DNA of 64,000 nt, taken from contig JAPSKH010000002.1 in assembly GCA_031177765.1 (NCBI GenBank), positions 9,900 through 73,899 on the forward strand. The letters run 5' to 3'. Under the pieces are notes generated by a model. That model saw nothing but the letters and a program-made list of their open reading frames with translations, searched no databases and was not told where the DNA came from. This document shows positions 36,101-43,177 of this stretch, in pieces. Position numbers and translations under genes: made by a program. Source of the stretch: Microbacterium sp. (GTDB lineage Bacteria; Actinomycetota; Actinomycetes; Actinomycetales; Microbacteriaceae). Position 1 is the stretch's first letter; every line of letters begins with the position of its first letter.

Positions 36101-37590
36101 GCGGCGACGAGGTCATCCCGATCGGTCTCGCCGACATCCCGCAGCGGCAGCTGCAGGAGGCGGTGTACTTCCGTCCCGACACCGACGGCCACATGCTGGT
36201 CTACGGCACGAGCGGCGCCGGCAAGAGCGTGGCGCTGCGCACGATCGCCATCGCGTCCGGCGCGCGTCCGCAGCTGGGACGGGTCGCGGTGTACGGCATC
36301 GACTTCGGCACGGGTGCGCTGCGCTCGCTCGAGACGATGCCGCACGTGGGCTCGGTCGTCGCCGGCGACGACGTCGAGCGCGTGCAGCGCCTGCTTCGCA
36401 CGCTCCGCGGCGTGCTGGACGACCGTGCCAAGCGATTCTCCGCGGTCAACGCCGCGACGCTCACCGAGTACCGGCGGATCACCGGTGACCTGACCGAGAC
36501 GCGCATCATCCTGCTGCTGGACGGCTTCGGCATGTTCAAGCAGGACTGGGAGACCGTCTCGGCGCGCGCGTCGTACTACGCGATCTTCATGCGCCTGCTG
36601 GGGGAGGGGCGGCCGCTCGGGGTCCACGTCGTGGCCACGGCCGATCGCTACGGCGCCGTTCCGACGGCGGTGAGCGCCAACGTGACCAAGCGCATCGTGC
36701 TGCGCATGTCGGACGAGGGGTCGTACTCGATCCTCGGCGTCGCCAAGGACGTGCTCAATGAGCGCAGCGCTCCCGGCCGCGCGATCGTCGACGGCTTCGA
36801 GACGCAGGTGGCGGTCATGGGCGGAACCACGAATGTGGCCGAGCAGAACGCGGCGGCCGAGGCGTTCGCGGCGTCGCTGCGGGCCGCCGGGGCGGTCGAG
36901 GCCAAGAACATCGGGTCGCTTCCGACCGAGCTCGACCCCGCCGAGCTTCCCGCCAGGGTGGACGGGTTCCCTGTCCTGGGCATCGGCGACGACACGCTCG
37001 GGCCCAAGGGATTCGAGCCGATCGGCACGTTCGTCGTGGCGGGGCCGCCGCAGAGCGGCAAGACCACGGCGCTGCGGGCCATCGTGTCGTCCCTCGAGCG
37101 CTTCGATCCCGAGGTCGAGCTGTTCCACGTCGGCGGCCGCCGGGCGGCGCTGCGCGAGGGGCGTTCCTGGCGGCGCTCGGTCTCGGCGATCGAAGACGTG
37201 CGGGCGCTGGCGAAGGAGCTCAAGGAGATCGTCGCCGACGAGACGATCACCAAGCGCATCGCGATCGTCGTGGAGAACATCACCGAGTTCAGCGACACCG
37301 ATGCCGAGCGACCGCTGAAGGAGCTGTTCCAGGCGGTCAACCGCAGCGACCACTTCCTGGTCGCCGACGGCGACGTGTCGCAGCTCAGCAGCGGGTTCGG
37401 GCTCATCGGGGAGCTGAAGGCCGGGCGCAAGGGCATCGCGCTGCGACCGGACACCTACGACGGCGACTCGCTGTTCAAGGTGCAGTTCCCGAAGGTCCAG
37501 CGGCACGAGTTCCCGGCCGGACGCGGCCTCTTCGTCGAGAACGGGCGATTCGTCACGGTGCAGCTGCCGCTCATGAACGGTCGCCTCTAG
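33100..37590 (+). CDS. FtsK/SpoIIIE-family type VII secretion coupling ATPase (EssC/EccC-like) with N-terminal FHA domain
   Basis: FHA (VIGR, SKRHA, DLNSANG), two TM helices, coiled coil, three P-loops GTTGSGKS / GTSGAGKS / GPPQSGKT; GPHALVGG, FVDYKGG, VIDEF, GRSLGIHLIMATQRP. Confidence 0.93.
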   Translation: MKLKLSLRRGAGSSVDVLVTADSTATVQDVARALAEGDALAAPGAVNASDTPTLLVASPAGQPVHLDPATPIGDAPIGSGFDASVVPAAAGGSGSAATAAVMRIHSGPDAGRTVPLAAGSTVIGRVSPAQVLLDDPLVSKRHARVDVDQGIELVDLNSANGLVVDGGLVQRVRVLPGQRITIGATEVSFALVPRTATDESLVLERGGALMFNRSPRVEDRYAGQEFRHPIIPNEADPRIFPWPMIMAPVLLGFAMFAMTQRPTSLLIVAMAPLMMLGNFIGQRTQQGKKLKLEIETFEAQLDELEETLEREEGIERERRRAEAPATATIYENAMSLGPLLWTRRPEHWNFLGLRLGVGSAASRNTVQEPTDQRGIAQYAQEVRRIRDRFARIDDVPVIELLPSAGAIGIAGPRELAADVVRGLGVQLFGLHAPNEVVTAAIIDPAWTGDMEWMKWLPHTTSPRSPFAEMALADSQSAGTALLNGLEEAILERLSGSATRRGPLSAKDASMALGKHVGEAAGSTATVGDVSLVLFVTHDAPVDRPRLTQVIERGPDAGVYTVFVAPTVESLPAACRTYIDVSGGLDEAMVGWVRAGDRAESVEIEGVSRDYAEIFAKRLAPVVDSSSVAADSSDLPASVSLLRLIGTDMASEPQAAIERWAQNNSIIDRSRGPRPRLKRAGTLKAYIGQGSPDAMSLDLRTQGPHALVGGTTGSGKSEFLQAWVLGMAAEYSPDRVTFLFVDYKGGSAFADCVELPHCVGLVTDLSPHLVRRALTSLRAELHHREHLFNRKKAKDLLELEKRQDPETPPALVLVIDEFAALATEVPEFVDGVVDIAQRGRSLGIHLIMATQRPAGVIKDNLRANTNLRVALRMADAADSNDVVGDVVASTFDPSLPGRGIAKTGPGRLVPFQSGYAGGWTTDEPDRAQVRVAELRFGSVTLWESDSEGESDTHDEDLGPNDQKRLVANLVRAAADARIPAPRRPWLDDLAATIDLRDLPLDGGDEVIPIGLADIPQRQLQEAVYFRPDTDGHMLVYGTSGAGKSVALRTIAIASGARPQLGRVAVYGIDFGTGALRSLETMPHVGSVVAGDDVERVQRLLRTLRGVLDDRAKRFSAVNAATLTEYRRITGDLTETRIILLLDGFGMFKQDWETVSARASYYAIFMRLLGEGRPLGVHVVATADRYGAVPTAVSANVTKRIVLRMSDEGSYSILGVAKDVLNERSAPGRAIVDGFETQVAVMGGTTNVAEQNAAAEAFAASLRAAGAVEAKNIGSLPTELDPAELPARVDGFPVLGIGDDTLGPKGFEPIGTFVVAGPPQSGKTTALRAIVSSLERFDPEVELFHVGGRRAALREGRSWRRSVSAIEDVRALAKELKEIVADETITKRIAIVVENITEFSDTDAERPLKELFQAVNRSDHFLVADGDVSQLSSGFGLIGELKAGRKGIALRPDTYDGDSLFKVQFPKVQRHEFPAGRGLFVENGRFVTVQLPLMNGRL

Positions 37591-37724
37591 CCTGCCGCGC
37601 GAGAGGACGACCATGCCGCGATCCCCTTCCGGGGTGGGGCTCGGTGCGGTGAGAGCTGGAAGTCGTCGCGATGAGTGTCGGCGTGCAGGATCTCGGCGCC
37701 GCCGGCTCGCAGGGAGGAGGGGCG

Positions 37725-37744
37725 CATGGGGAATGATCCCCATG
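37725..37744. promoter_or_regulatory. Palindromic operator candidate upstream of the WXG100-like gene
   Basis: CATGGGGA-ATGA-TCCCCATG perfect inverted repeat; TACCGT (-10-like) at 37766-37771. Confidence 0.6.
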
Positions 37745-37815
37745 GGCCGATTCGGGCGGATCCGTTACCGTGAATCTCGGCCGGGGGTTCCGGTCCCACT
37801 GACGAAGGAGATGTG

Positions 37816-38103
37816 ATGGCGGATTTCAAGGCTTCGTACGGCGAGATGGAGGCCATGGCCGGCAAGCTCGACACCGGTCGCGAGGAGATCGGCGACGTGC
37901 TGCGTCGCCTGAAGAGCGACGTGGACCGTCTGCTGGGTGACGACTTCAAGACGCAGCACGCGTCCGGCAAGTTCGGCGAGGGCTACACCGAGCTGACCAC
38001 GGGTCTGGAGAAGGCCATCGAGGGCATCTCCGACATGGGCGAGTCGCTGCGCAAGATGATGCAGGCGATCAAGGACACCGACCAGGCGCTGGCCGGCAAC
38101 TGA
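37816..38103 (+). CDS. WXG100-family type VII secretion substrate (FKT in place of WXG)
   Basis: 95 aa, helix-turn-helix pattern, central DDFKTQHASGKF, C-terminal IKDTDQALA; AAGGAG RBS; directly after EssC-like gene. Confidence 0.82.
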   Translation: MADFKASYGEMEAMAGKLDTGREEIGDVLRRLKSDVDRLLGDDFKTQHASGKFGEGYTELTTGLEKAIEGISDMGESLRKMMQAIKDTDQALAGN

Positions 38104-38169
38104 CCTGTCCGACTCGAGGGGTGGGAGGCTGCGGCTTCCCGCCTCTCGGCGTCCTGAGGAGTGGACCCG

Positions 38170-38496
38170 ATGACCGACGTGTACGTGAAGGTCGATCACC
38201 TGAATCGCCTGAACGGTTCGCTCAAGCAGATCCTCGTGGAGTTCGAGGACGCGGCGAAGAACACCGACGCCCTGCAGGACCTGATCGGGCGGCCCGACGG
38301 GCGGAGCGGACTCCGCGACCGCACGCATGACTTCGAGGGCGGCTGGGACGACCGGCGCAACGCCCTCATCGACAAGCTCAGGAACGTCCAGGTGGCGATC
38401 GAGGAGACCTGCAAGGGCTGGCAGGACTTCGACCTCGAACTGTCCCGCAATCTCTCCCTCGAGGAGAACGCGGGCGATACGCTGCCCACGCGCTAG
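38170..38496 (+). CDS. Second small helical WXG100-like partner protein
   Basis: 108 aa amphipathic helices; FEGGWDDRR; C-terminal WQDFDLEL; GAGGAG RBS. Confidence 0.7.
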   Translation: MTDVYVKVDHLNRLNGSLKQILVEFEDAAKNTDALQDLIGRPDGRSGLRDRTHDFEGGWDDRRNALIDKLRNVQVAIEETCKGWQDFDLELSRNLSLEENAGDTLPTR

Positions 38497-38504
38497 GAGA
38501 CGTG

Positions 38505-39854
38505 ATGGCGATCTACACCAACAAGAACCACCGCGTCCATGTGATCGAGGGCAATGCCCAGGGGATCATCCAGCGCGGTCAGCAGATCGAGGACCTGGGC
38601 GAGCAGATGATCGGCGCGGCCGGCGTGCTGTCCGCCATCGCCGACGGCGCCTCGGAGGAGAAGGGACGCTCGATCGAGCGCATCCGCGACGAGGTGGGCG
38701 AGACGCACGCCGAGCTGAAGCTCGCCGGCGAGCGGTACAAGCCGACCGGCACGGCGATGAAGGAGTACGGCTCGTCGCTCGAAGGCGTGCAGGTGGCGCT
38801 GAAGTCGCTGGTGACCGAGATCGAGACGGCGAAAGCGCAGCTGGACGCCAAGATCGAGGCGGCGCAGAGCGCGCAGGCGGCCGCCGATGCCTCCGCCGAC
38901 TACGACCCGGAGGACTCCGCCGCCAAGGGCAGCCACCGGGCCGACGCGTGGCAGGCCCGCGACGCCGGGATCGCCGCGGACAACGCGCGGATCCATTTCG
39001 ACGACCTCCTGGACGACTTCGACTCCCAATGGGACACGTGGGATGCGGCGTACGATCTCGCCCTCGGGCGGATCAACCAGGCGACGACGGGCAACATCAC
39101 CGACGAGTGGACCGACGATCTGGCCGGCGTCGCGGAGATCGTCGTGGACGTGCTCTCGGTCGTCGGCTTCGTCGTCGCGATCGCCGCGATCGTCATCGGC
39201 GGCCCGATCCTCGCGATCGTCGGCGCCGTCATCGGCGTCATCGCCCTGATCGCGACGGCGTTCCTGTACTTCAAGGGGCGCAAGGGCTTCGATGAGCTGA
39301 TGTGGTCCATCGTCGGCGTCCTCCCGTTCGGGAAGCTCGGCTCGTTGTTCAAGGCGGGGCAGCGGATGCAGGCGCTGAAGTTCCTGACCGGCCCGGTCGC
39401 CGAGATCGCCGAGAACATCAGGACGCTCCGGTCGGTCCGCGGACTGGTGAACGGGATCGCGACCGGAACCGGCAACGGCCTCGGCAACGTCGCGCGATCG
39501 GGTCTGGCCTCGCGGGTCGCCGACACGTTCGCGGGCATCCGATGGGGCGACATCACCTCCCGGAGCACCGCGGTCAACAATCTGCTTCGCGGCGGCAGCG
39601 GCGGGTGGTCGGCGAACATCCTCAGCGAGCTGGGAACGTACACCTCGCACCATCAGAACGTGATCCGGACCGTGTCCGGCCCGAACGGCCTGGTCGACGG
39701 GCTGTCCGAGCTGCCGAACATCGGTCAGCAGATCTTCAACGCCGGCGACATGGGCATCAAGACCTACGCGTCGGGCAACGACACGTGGGGGGTCATGAGC
39801 GGACTGTTCACCAGCAACCCCGCCGATTCCTGGCGTGAACAGCTCGCCCGGTAG
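38505..39854 (+). CDS. Putative type VII-secreted effector with helical N-terminus and central hydrophobic hairpin
   Basis: WXG/LXG-like helical N-terminus and coiled coil; ~48-aa hydrophobic stretch; IVGVLPFGKLG; Gly/Asn-rich C-terminus. Confidence 0.72.
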   Translation: MAIYTNKNHRVHVIEGNAQGIIQRGQQIEDLGEQMIGAAGVLSAIADGASEEKGRSIERIRDEVGETHAELKLAGERYKPTGTAMKEYGSSLEGVQVALKSLVTEIETAKAQLDAKIEAAQSAQAAADASADYDPEDSAAKGSHRADAWQARDAGIAADNARIHFDDLLDDFDSQWDTWDAAYDLALGRINQATTGNITDEWTDDLAGVAEIVVDVLSVVGFVVAIAAIVIGGPILAIVGAVIGVIALIATAFLYFKGRKGFDELMWSIVGVLPFGKLGSLFKAGQRMQALKFLTGPVAEIAENIRTLRSVRGLVNGIATGTGNGLGNVARSGLASRVADTFAGIRWGDITSRSTAVNNLLRGGSGGWSANILSELGTYTSHHQNVIRTVSGPNGLVDGLSELPNIGQQIFNAGDMGIKTYASGNDTWGVMSGLFTSNPADSWREQLAR

Positions 39855-39864
39855 CGTGGGAGCG

Positions 39865-40458
39865 ATGGATCACGCAGCTTCACCGGTGCCGCCGTATCGC
39901 CTGATCGTCCCGGACGGGTGGGAGGAGCTGCCCGCGGACCGCGCGGGAGTGGACGCGCTCATCCGGCGCAGCTCCGCGGTGCTGCGCGCACAGCACCGTC
40001 CTGATCTCGACGCCGGACTGCGCTCCATGCTCGAGGCGGCCTACCGCAAGATGAAGCAGGGTCGCGCGTTCGCCATCTACGTGCAGACCAGCGCGAACGA
40101 GATGCCGGTGCCGATGTCGATCACCGCGTCGGTCGTCTCCGGGCAGTTCGGCGGCACGCTCGACCGACAGGTGGCATCGCTGTTCCGCGAGCGGAACGCC
40201 CAGTTCCTGCGCGACGACCGCACCATCGTCCGGTGGGAGACGGCGGTCGACGTCAAGGCGGGCCCCGAGGCGGGGCGTGCCCACTCGGTCGACTACCTCA
40301 TCCCGGTCCCCGGGCGCGAGCGGCGCGACGCGCTGCAGTTCACCACCGTCATCCCCTTGCCCGGCGATGTCGGCGACGTGGGCGACGTGGTGTCCGCCCT
40401 GGTCGAGCTCAGCGATCTCGTGATCAGCACCTTCACCTGGAAGCCCGAGGCGGCGTGA
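39865..40458 (+). CDS. Hypothetical protein, candidate effector chaperone/immunity
   Basis: Directly downstream of effector; YRLIVPDGW start, DYLIPVPG, ISTFTW end. Confidence 0.7.
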   Translation: MDHAASPVPPYRLIVPDGWEELPADRAGVDALIRRSSAVLRAQHRPDLDAGLRSMLEAAYRKMKQGRAFAIYVQTSANEMPVPMSITASVVSGQFGGTLDRQVASLFRERNAQFLRDDRTIVRWETAVDVKAGPEAGRAHSVDYLIPVPGRERRDALQFTTVIPLPGDVGDVGDVVSALVELSDLVISTFTWKPEAA

Positions 40459-41000
40459 TGCACTACCGCGTCGACTACGACCCCGACGTGTGGGTGCCGG
40501 CTCCCGTCGGAGACGACGTGACGTGGCTCGACGACGTCGTCGCTCGGTACGAGAGCCGACTGGGGTCCGTCGAGCCCGAGCTCGCCGATCGGCTCCGTGC
40601 GTTCGCCGAGATCTGCCGCGCAGCCCGCACGGACGAGACCGACGAGCTGTTCCTGTTCTGCCCGCTGGAGCTCATGCCGGTTCTGGGCCTGCTCGCCCTG
40701 CGCGTGGAGCGTACGGACGAGCCGATCGATCTGGACCGGGCCGTCGCGGACGACGCGACGGCGATGCTCGAACCCACCGTCGAGACGGTGAACAGCCCCG
40801 CGTGGGGCGAGGGTCGCCGTGCGGCGGTCATCACCGCATCCTCGCGAGAGGGTGCTGCCGCCGGCCGCATCAACTACGCCTTCGAGCGGGAGGGGACCGT
40901 GCTGCTGGCGACCGCGATCGCTGACCGCGTCACGTACGCGGCCGCCATGCTGCCCTTCGCCGATCGGCTGATCGGCGCCGTCGAGCTGGAGACGACGTGA
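40458..41000 (+). CDS. Hypothetical protein, candidate effector chaperone/immunity
   Basis: TGATG overlap; YRVDYDPDVW start; host-like codon usage. Confidence 0.7.
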   Translation: MHYRVDYDPDVWVPAPVGDDVTWLDDVVARYESRLGSVEPELADRLRAFAEICRAARTDETDELFLFCPLELMPVLGLLALRVERTDEPIDLDRAVADDATAMLEPTVETVNSPAWGEGRRAAVITASSREGAAAGRINYAFEREGTVLLATAIADRVTYAAAMLPFADRLIGAVELETT

Positions 41001-41857
41001 CCCCCCGCGACAAGGCCGTCCAGACGGCGGAGACCATGGCACTGGACACGGGCCGGTCGGCGCGTTCGATCGCGCGCGATCTGCAGGATGTCGCCCTGCG
41101 CACCCTCGACGAGCGCACCGCGCAGCGGCTCGCTCTGGTGGACCGCGAGTTCGACCGGGCGGCGTCCGGGCTGGAGCGCGGCCTCTCGGCCGCCGCGGCG
41201 TCGGAACCTCGGAAGCGACGCCTGACGCCCCTCCCCGACACCCTCGGGATGCTCGCGGCAGGCTTCGGCGCCGCATCGGCGATGGGCGCCGGTCGCGTCG
41301 CCCCCTCGTCGCCCGTGAGCGAGCTGCCGATCGTGGGTCCGACCGTCCTGGTGTGCGCGTCGATCGCCGCCGTGGCGATCCTCACTGGCGCCGTCATCGC
41401 CAGGCGCGAGAGCTCGACCTCCTCGCCGCGTGCGGTGATGCTGTGGCTGACGCTCATCTGGTCCGCGATCGCTGCGGTGGCGATGTTCGTCCGGTTCGCG
41501 ACGGAGGGCGTGACGGCCGTCGCGATCGCCGGATCGGTCGCGATGGTCGCCGTCGCGATCCTCAGCCTTCTGCTGGCGCTGGGCGCACAGAGGCGTGCGG
41601 GCACGCACTCCGAGCCCGACGAGCCGACCCCCGCGGGGGCGCGCCTGCGCAACGAGCTGATCAGCGCCGGGGAGAACGCGCAGGACAGCGCGCACGCGGC
41701 GCTGGCGGAGCTCGACGAGAACCAGCGCGAGATCTTCGTCGACGCCTACGCCGCCGGCATCGCGGCCGTCATCGCGCGCCGTGCGCTCCCGGCACCGACC
41801 GTGAAGCGGCTGCGCACGCTGGACTGGGCGGCCGCGCGATACGACGTGTCATCCTGA
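40997..41857 (+). CDS. Membrane protein (3-4 TM), candidate immunity protein
   Basis: GTGA overlap; central hydrophobic helices; last gene of the effector unit. Confidence 0.68.
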   Translation: MTPRDKAVQTAETMALDTGRSARSIARDLQDVALRTLDERTAQRLALVDREFDRAASGLERGLSAAAASEPRKRRLTPLPDTLGMLAAGFGAASAMGAGRVAPSSPVSELPIVGPTVLVCASIAAVAILTGAVIARRESSTSSPRAVMLWLTLIWSAIAAVAMFVRFATEGVTAVAIAGSVAMVAVAILSLLLALGAQRRAGTHSEPDEPTPAGARLRNELISAGENAQDSAHAALAELDENQREIFVDAYAAGIAAVIARRALPAPTVKRLRTLDWAAARYDVSS

Positions 41858-41958
41858 CGGGCGAGGAAACGGTGTCGCCGTGACGCAACCGCCGCGGTGG
41901 CCGGCGGCATCGGGATCGCCCGGGCGCGCCGACGCGGCTGACGGCAGCAGGCGTCCGT

Positions 41959-41987
41959 TTGCCCGCCCCGCCAAACGCACGTATCAT
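41959..41987 (+). promoter_or_regulatory. Candidate sigma-A promoter of the str operon
   Basis: TTGCCC-N17-TATCAT ~260 nt upstream of rpsL. Confidence 0.6.
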
Positions 41988-42245
41988 TGATCGGGTGTGC
42001 GCTCACGCGCGCCGTCCGCCGTGCCCCGGTGCGAATCGGGGAACACGGGCGGTCGAGCGAGTGTTCACTTCTCAGGGAACGGCCTGCGAACAGGCCACCC
42101 CCACGGCATATCCACCACGAACGCTCGTCACCATCATGTCGCGCAGGTGGATCCGCGTGAGCCCGCAGCGTCACGGATCGCAAGATCCGTCCTCGGCGGG
42201 GGAGACCACGATCGCTGTCACCGTGCAGCACAACTAGGAGAGAAC

Positions 42246-42614
42246 GTGCCAACCATTCAGCAGTTGGTTCGCAAGGGTCGCTCGCCCAAGGTCTCGAAGA
42301 CCAAGGCGCCCGCCCTGAAGGCGAACCCGCAGCAGGCGGGGGTCTGCACCCGCGTCTACACGACCACGCCCAAGAAGCCGAACTCGGCCATGCGCAAGGT
42401 CGCCCGTGTCAAGCTCCGCAACGGCACCGAGGTCACCGCCTACATCCCCGGCGAGGGCCACAACCTGCAGGAGCACTCGCTCGTGCTCGTGCGCGGCGGC
42501 CGTGTGAAGGACCTCCCGGGTGTCCGCTACAAGATCGTCCGAGGCGCGCTCGACACGCAGGCCGTGAAGAACCGCAAGCAGGCCCGTAGCCGCTACGGCG
42601 CGAAGAAGGGTTGA
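42246..42614 (+). CDS. rpsL: 30S ribosomal protein S12
   Basis: [30 protein letters not shown]; GTG start after AGGAG. Confidence 0.99.
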   Translation: MPTIQQLVRKGRSPKVSKTKAPALKANPQQAGVCTRVYTTTPKKPNSAMRKVARVKLRNGTEVTAYIPGEGHNLQEHSLVLVRGGRVKDLPGVRYKIVRGALDTQAVKNRKQARSRYGAKKG

Positions 42615-42619
42615 TCTAG

Positions 42620-43090
42620 ATGCCTCGCAAGGGACCCGCCCCCAAGCGCCCCGTGGTCAACGACCCGGTCTACGGCGCACCCGTCGTCACGCAGCTGGTG
42701 AACAAGATCCTCGTCGACGGCAAGAAGTCGCTCGCCGAGTCGATCGTGTACGGCGCCCTCCGCGGCGTCGAGGCGAAGAACGGCCAGGACGCCGTCGCCA
42801 CGCTGAAGAAGGCGCTCGACAACGTGCGCCCCACGCTCGAGGTCAAGAGCCGCCGCGTCGGTGGTTCGACCTACCAGGTGCCGGTCGAGGTCAAGCCTCA
42901 CCGCGCCAACACGCTCGCCCTCCGCTGGCTCGTCAGCTACGCCAAGGGCCGTCGCGAGAAGACGATGACCGAGCGCCTCCAGAACGAGATCCTGGATGCC
43001 TCGAACGGCCTCGGTGCCGCGGTCAAGCGCCGTGAGGACACCCACAAGATGGCCGAGTCGAACCGCGCCTTCGCGCACTACCGCTGGTAA
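42620..43090 (+). CDS. rpsG: 30S ribosomal protein S7
   Basis: [30 protein letters not shown]. Confidence 0.99.
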   Translation: MPRKGPAPKRPVVNDPVYGAPVVTQLVNKILVDGKKSLAESIVYGALRGVEAKNGQDAVATLKKALDNVRPTLEVKSRRVGGSTYQVPVEVKPHRANTLALRWLVSYAKGRREKTMTERLQNEILDASNGLGAAVKRREDTHKMAESNRAFAHYRW

Positions 43091-43098
43091 CAGCCATC

Positions 43099-43143
43099 GG
43101 GCGCTCCGTCTCGCTCGACGCACTCGAGCGAGACGGAGCGCCC
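43099..43143. repeat. Perfect 20-bp inverted repeat between rpsG and fusA
   Basis: GGGCGCTCCGTCTCGCTCGA-cgcac-TCGAGCGAGACGGAGCGCCC. Confidence 0.85.
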
Positions 43144-43177
43144 ACCCAGACCACCTCCAACAGGTAAGGAAGACCCC

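Noticed and set aside
33100-37590. FtsK/SpoIIIE gene as cell-division FtsK or a conjugative TraB/ICE translocase
   Set aside because: Three tandem ATPase domains, an FHA domain and adjacent WXG100-like genes fit EssC/EccC; no relaxase or gamma domain
12154-42245. 30-kb block between rpoC and rpsL as a recently acquired genomic island
   Set aside because: No integrase, transposase, tRNA or flanking direct repeats seen; codon usage looks host-like and it carries the host GGATGCC motif; rpoC and rpsL are often separated in actinobacteria
42246-42614. Streptomycin-resistance substitutions in RpsL
   Set aside because: PKKPNS and RVKDLPG motifs keep both critical lysines
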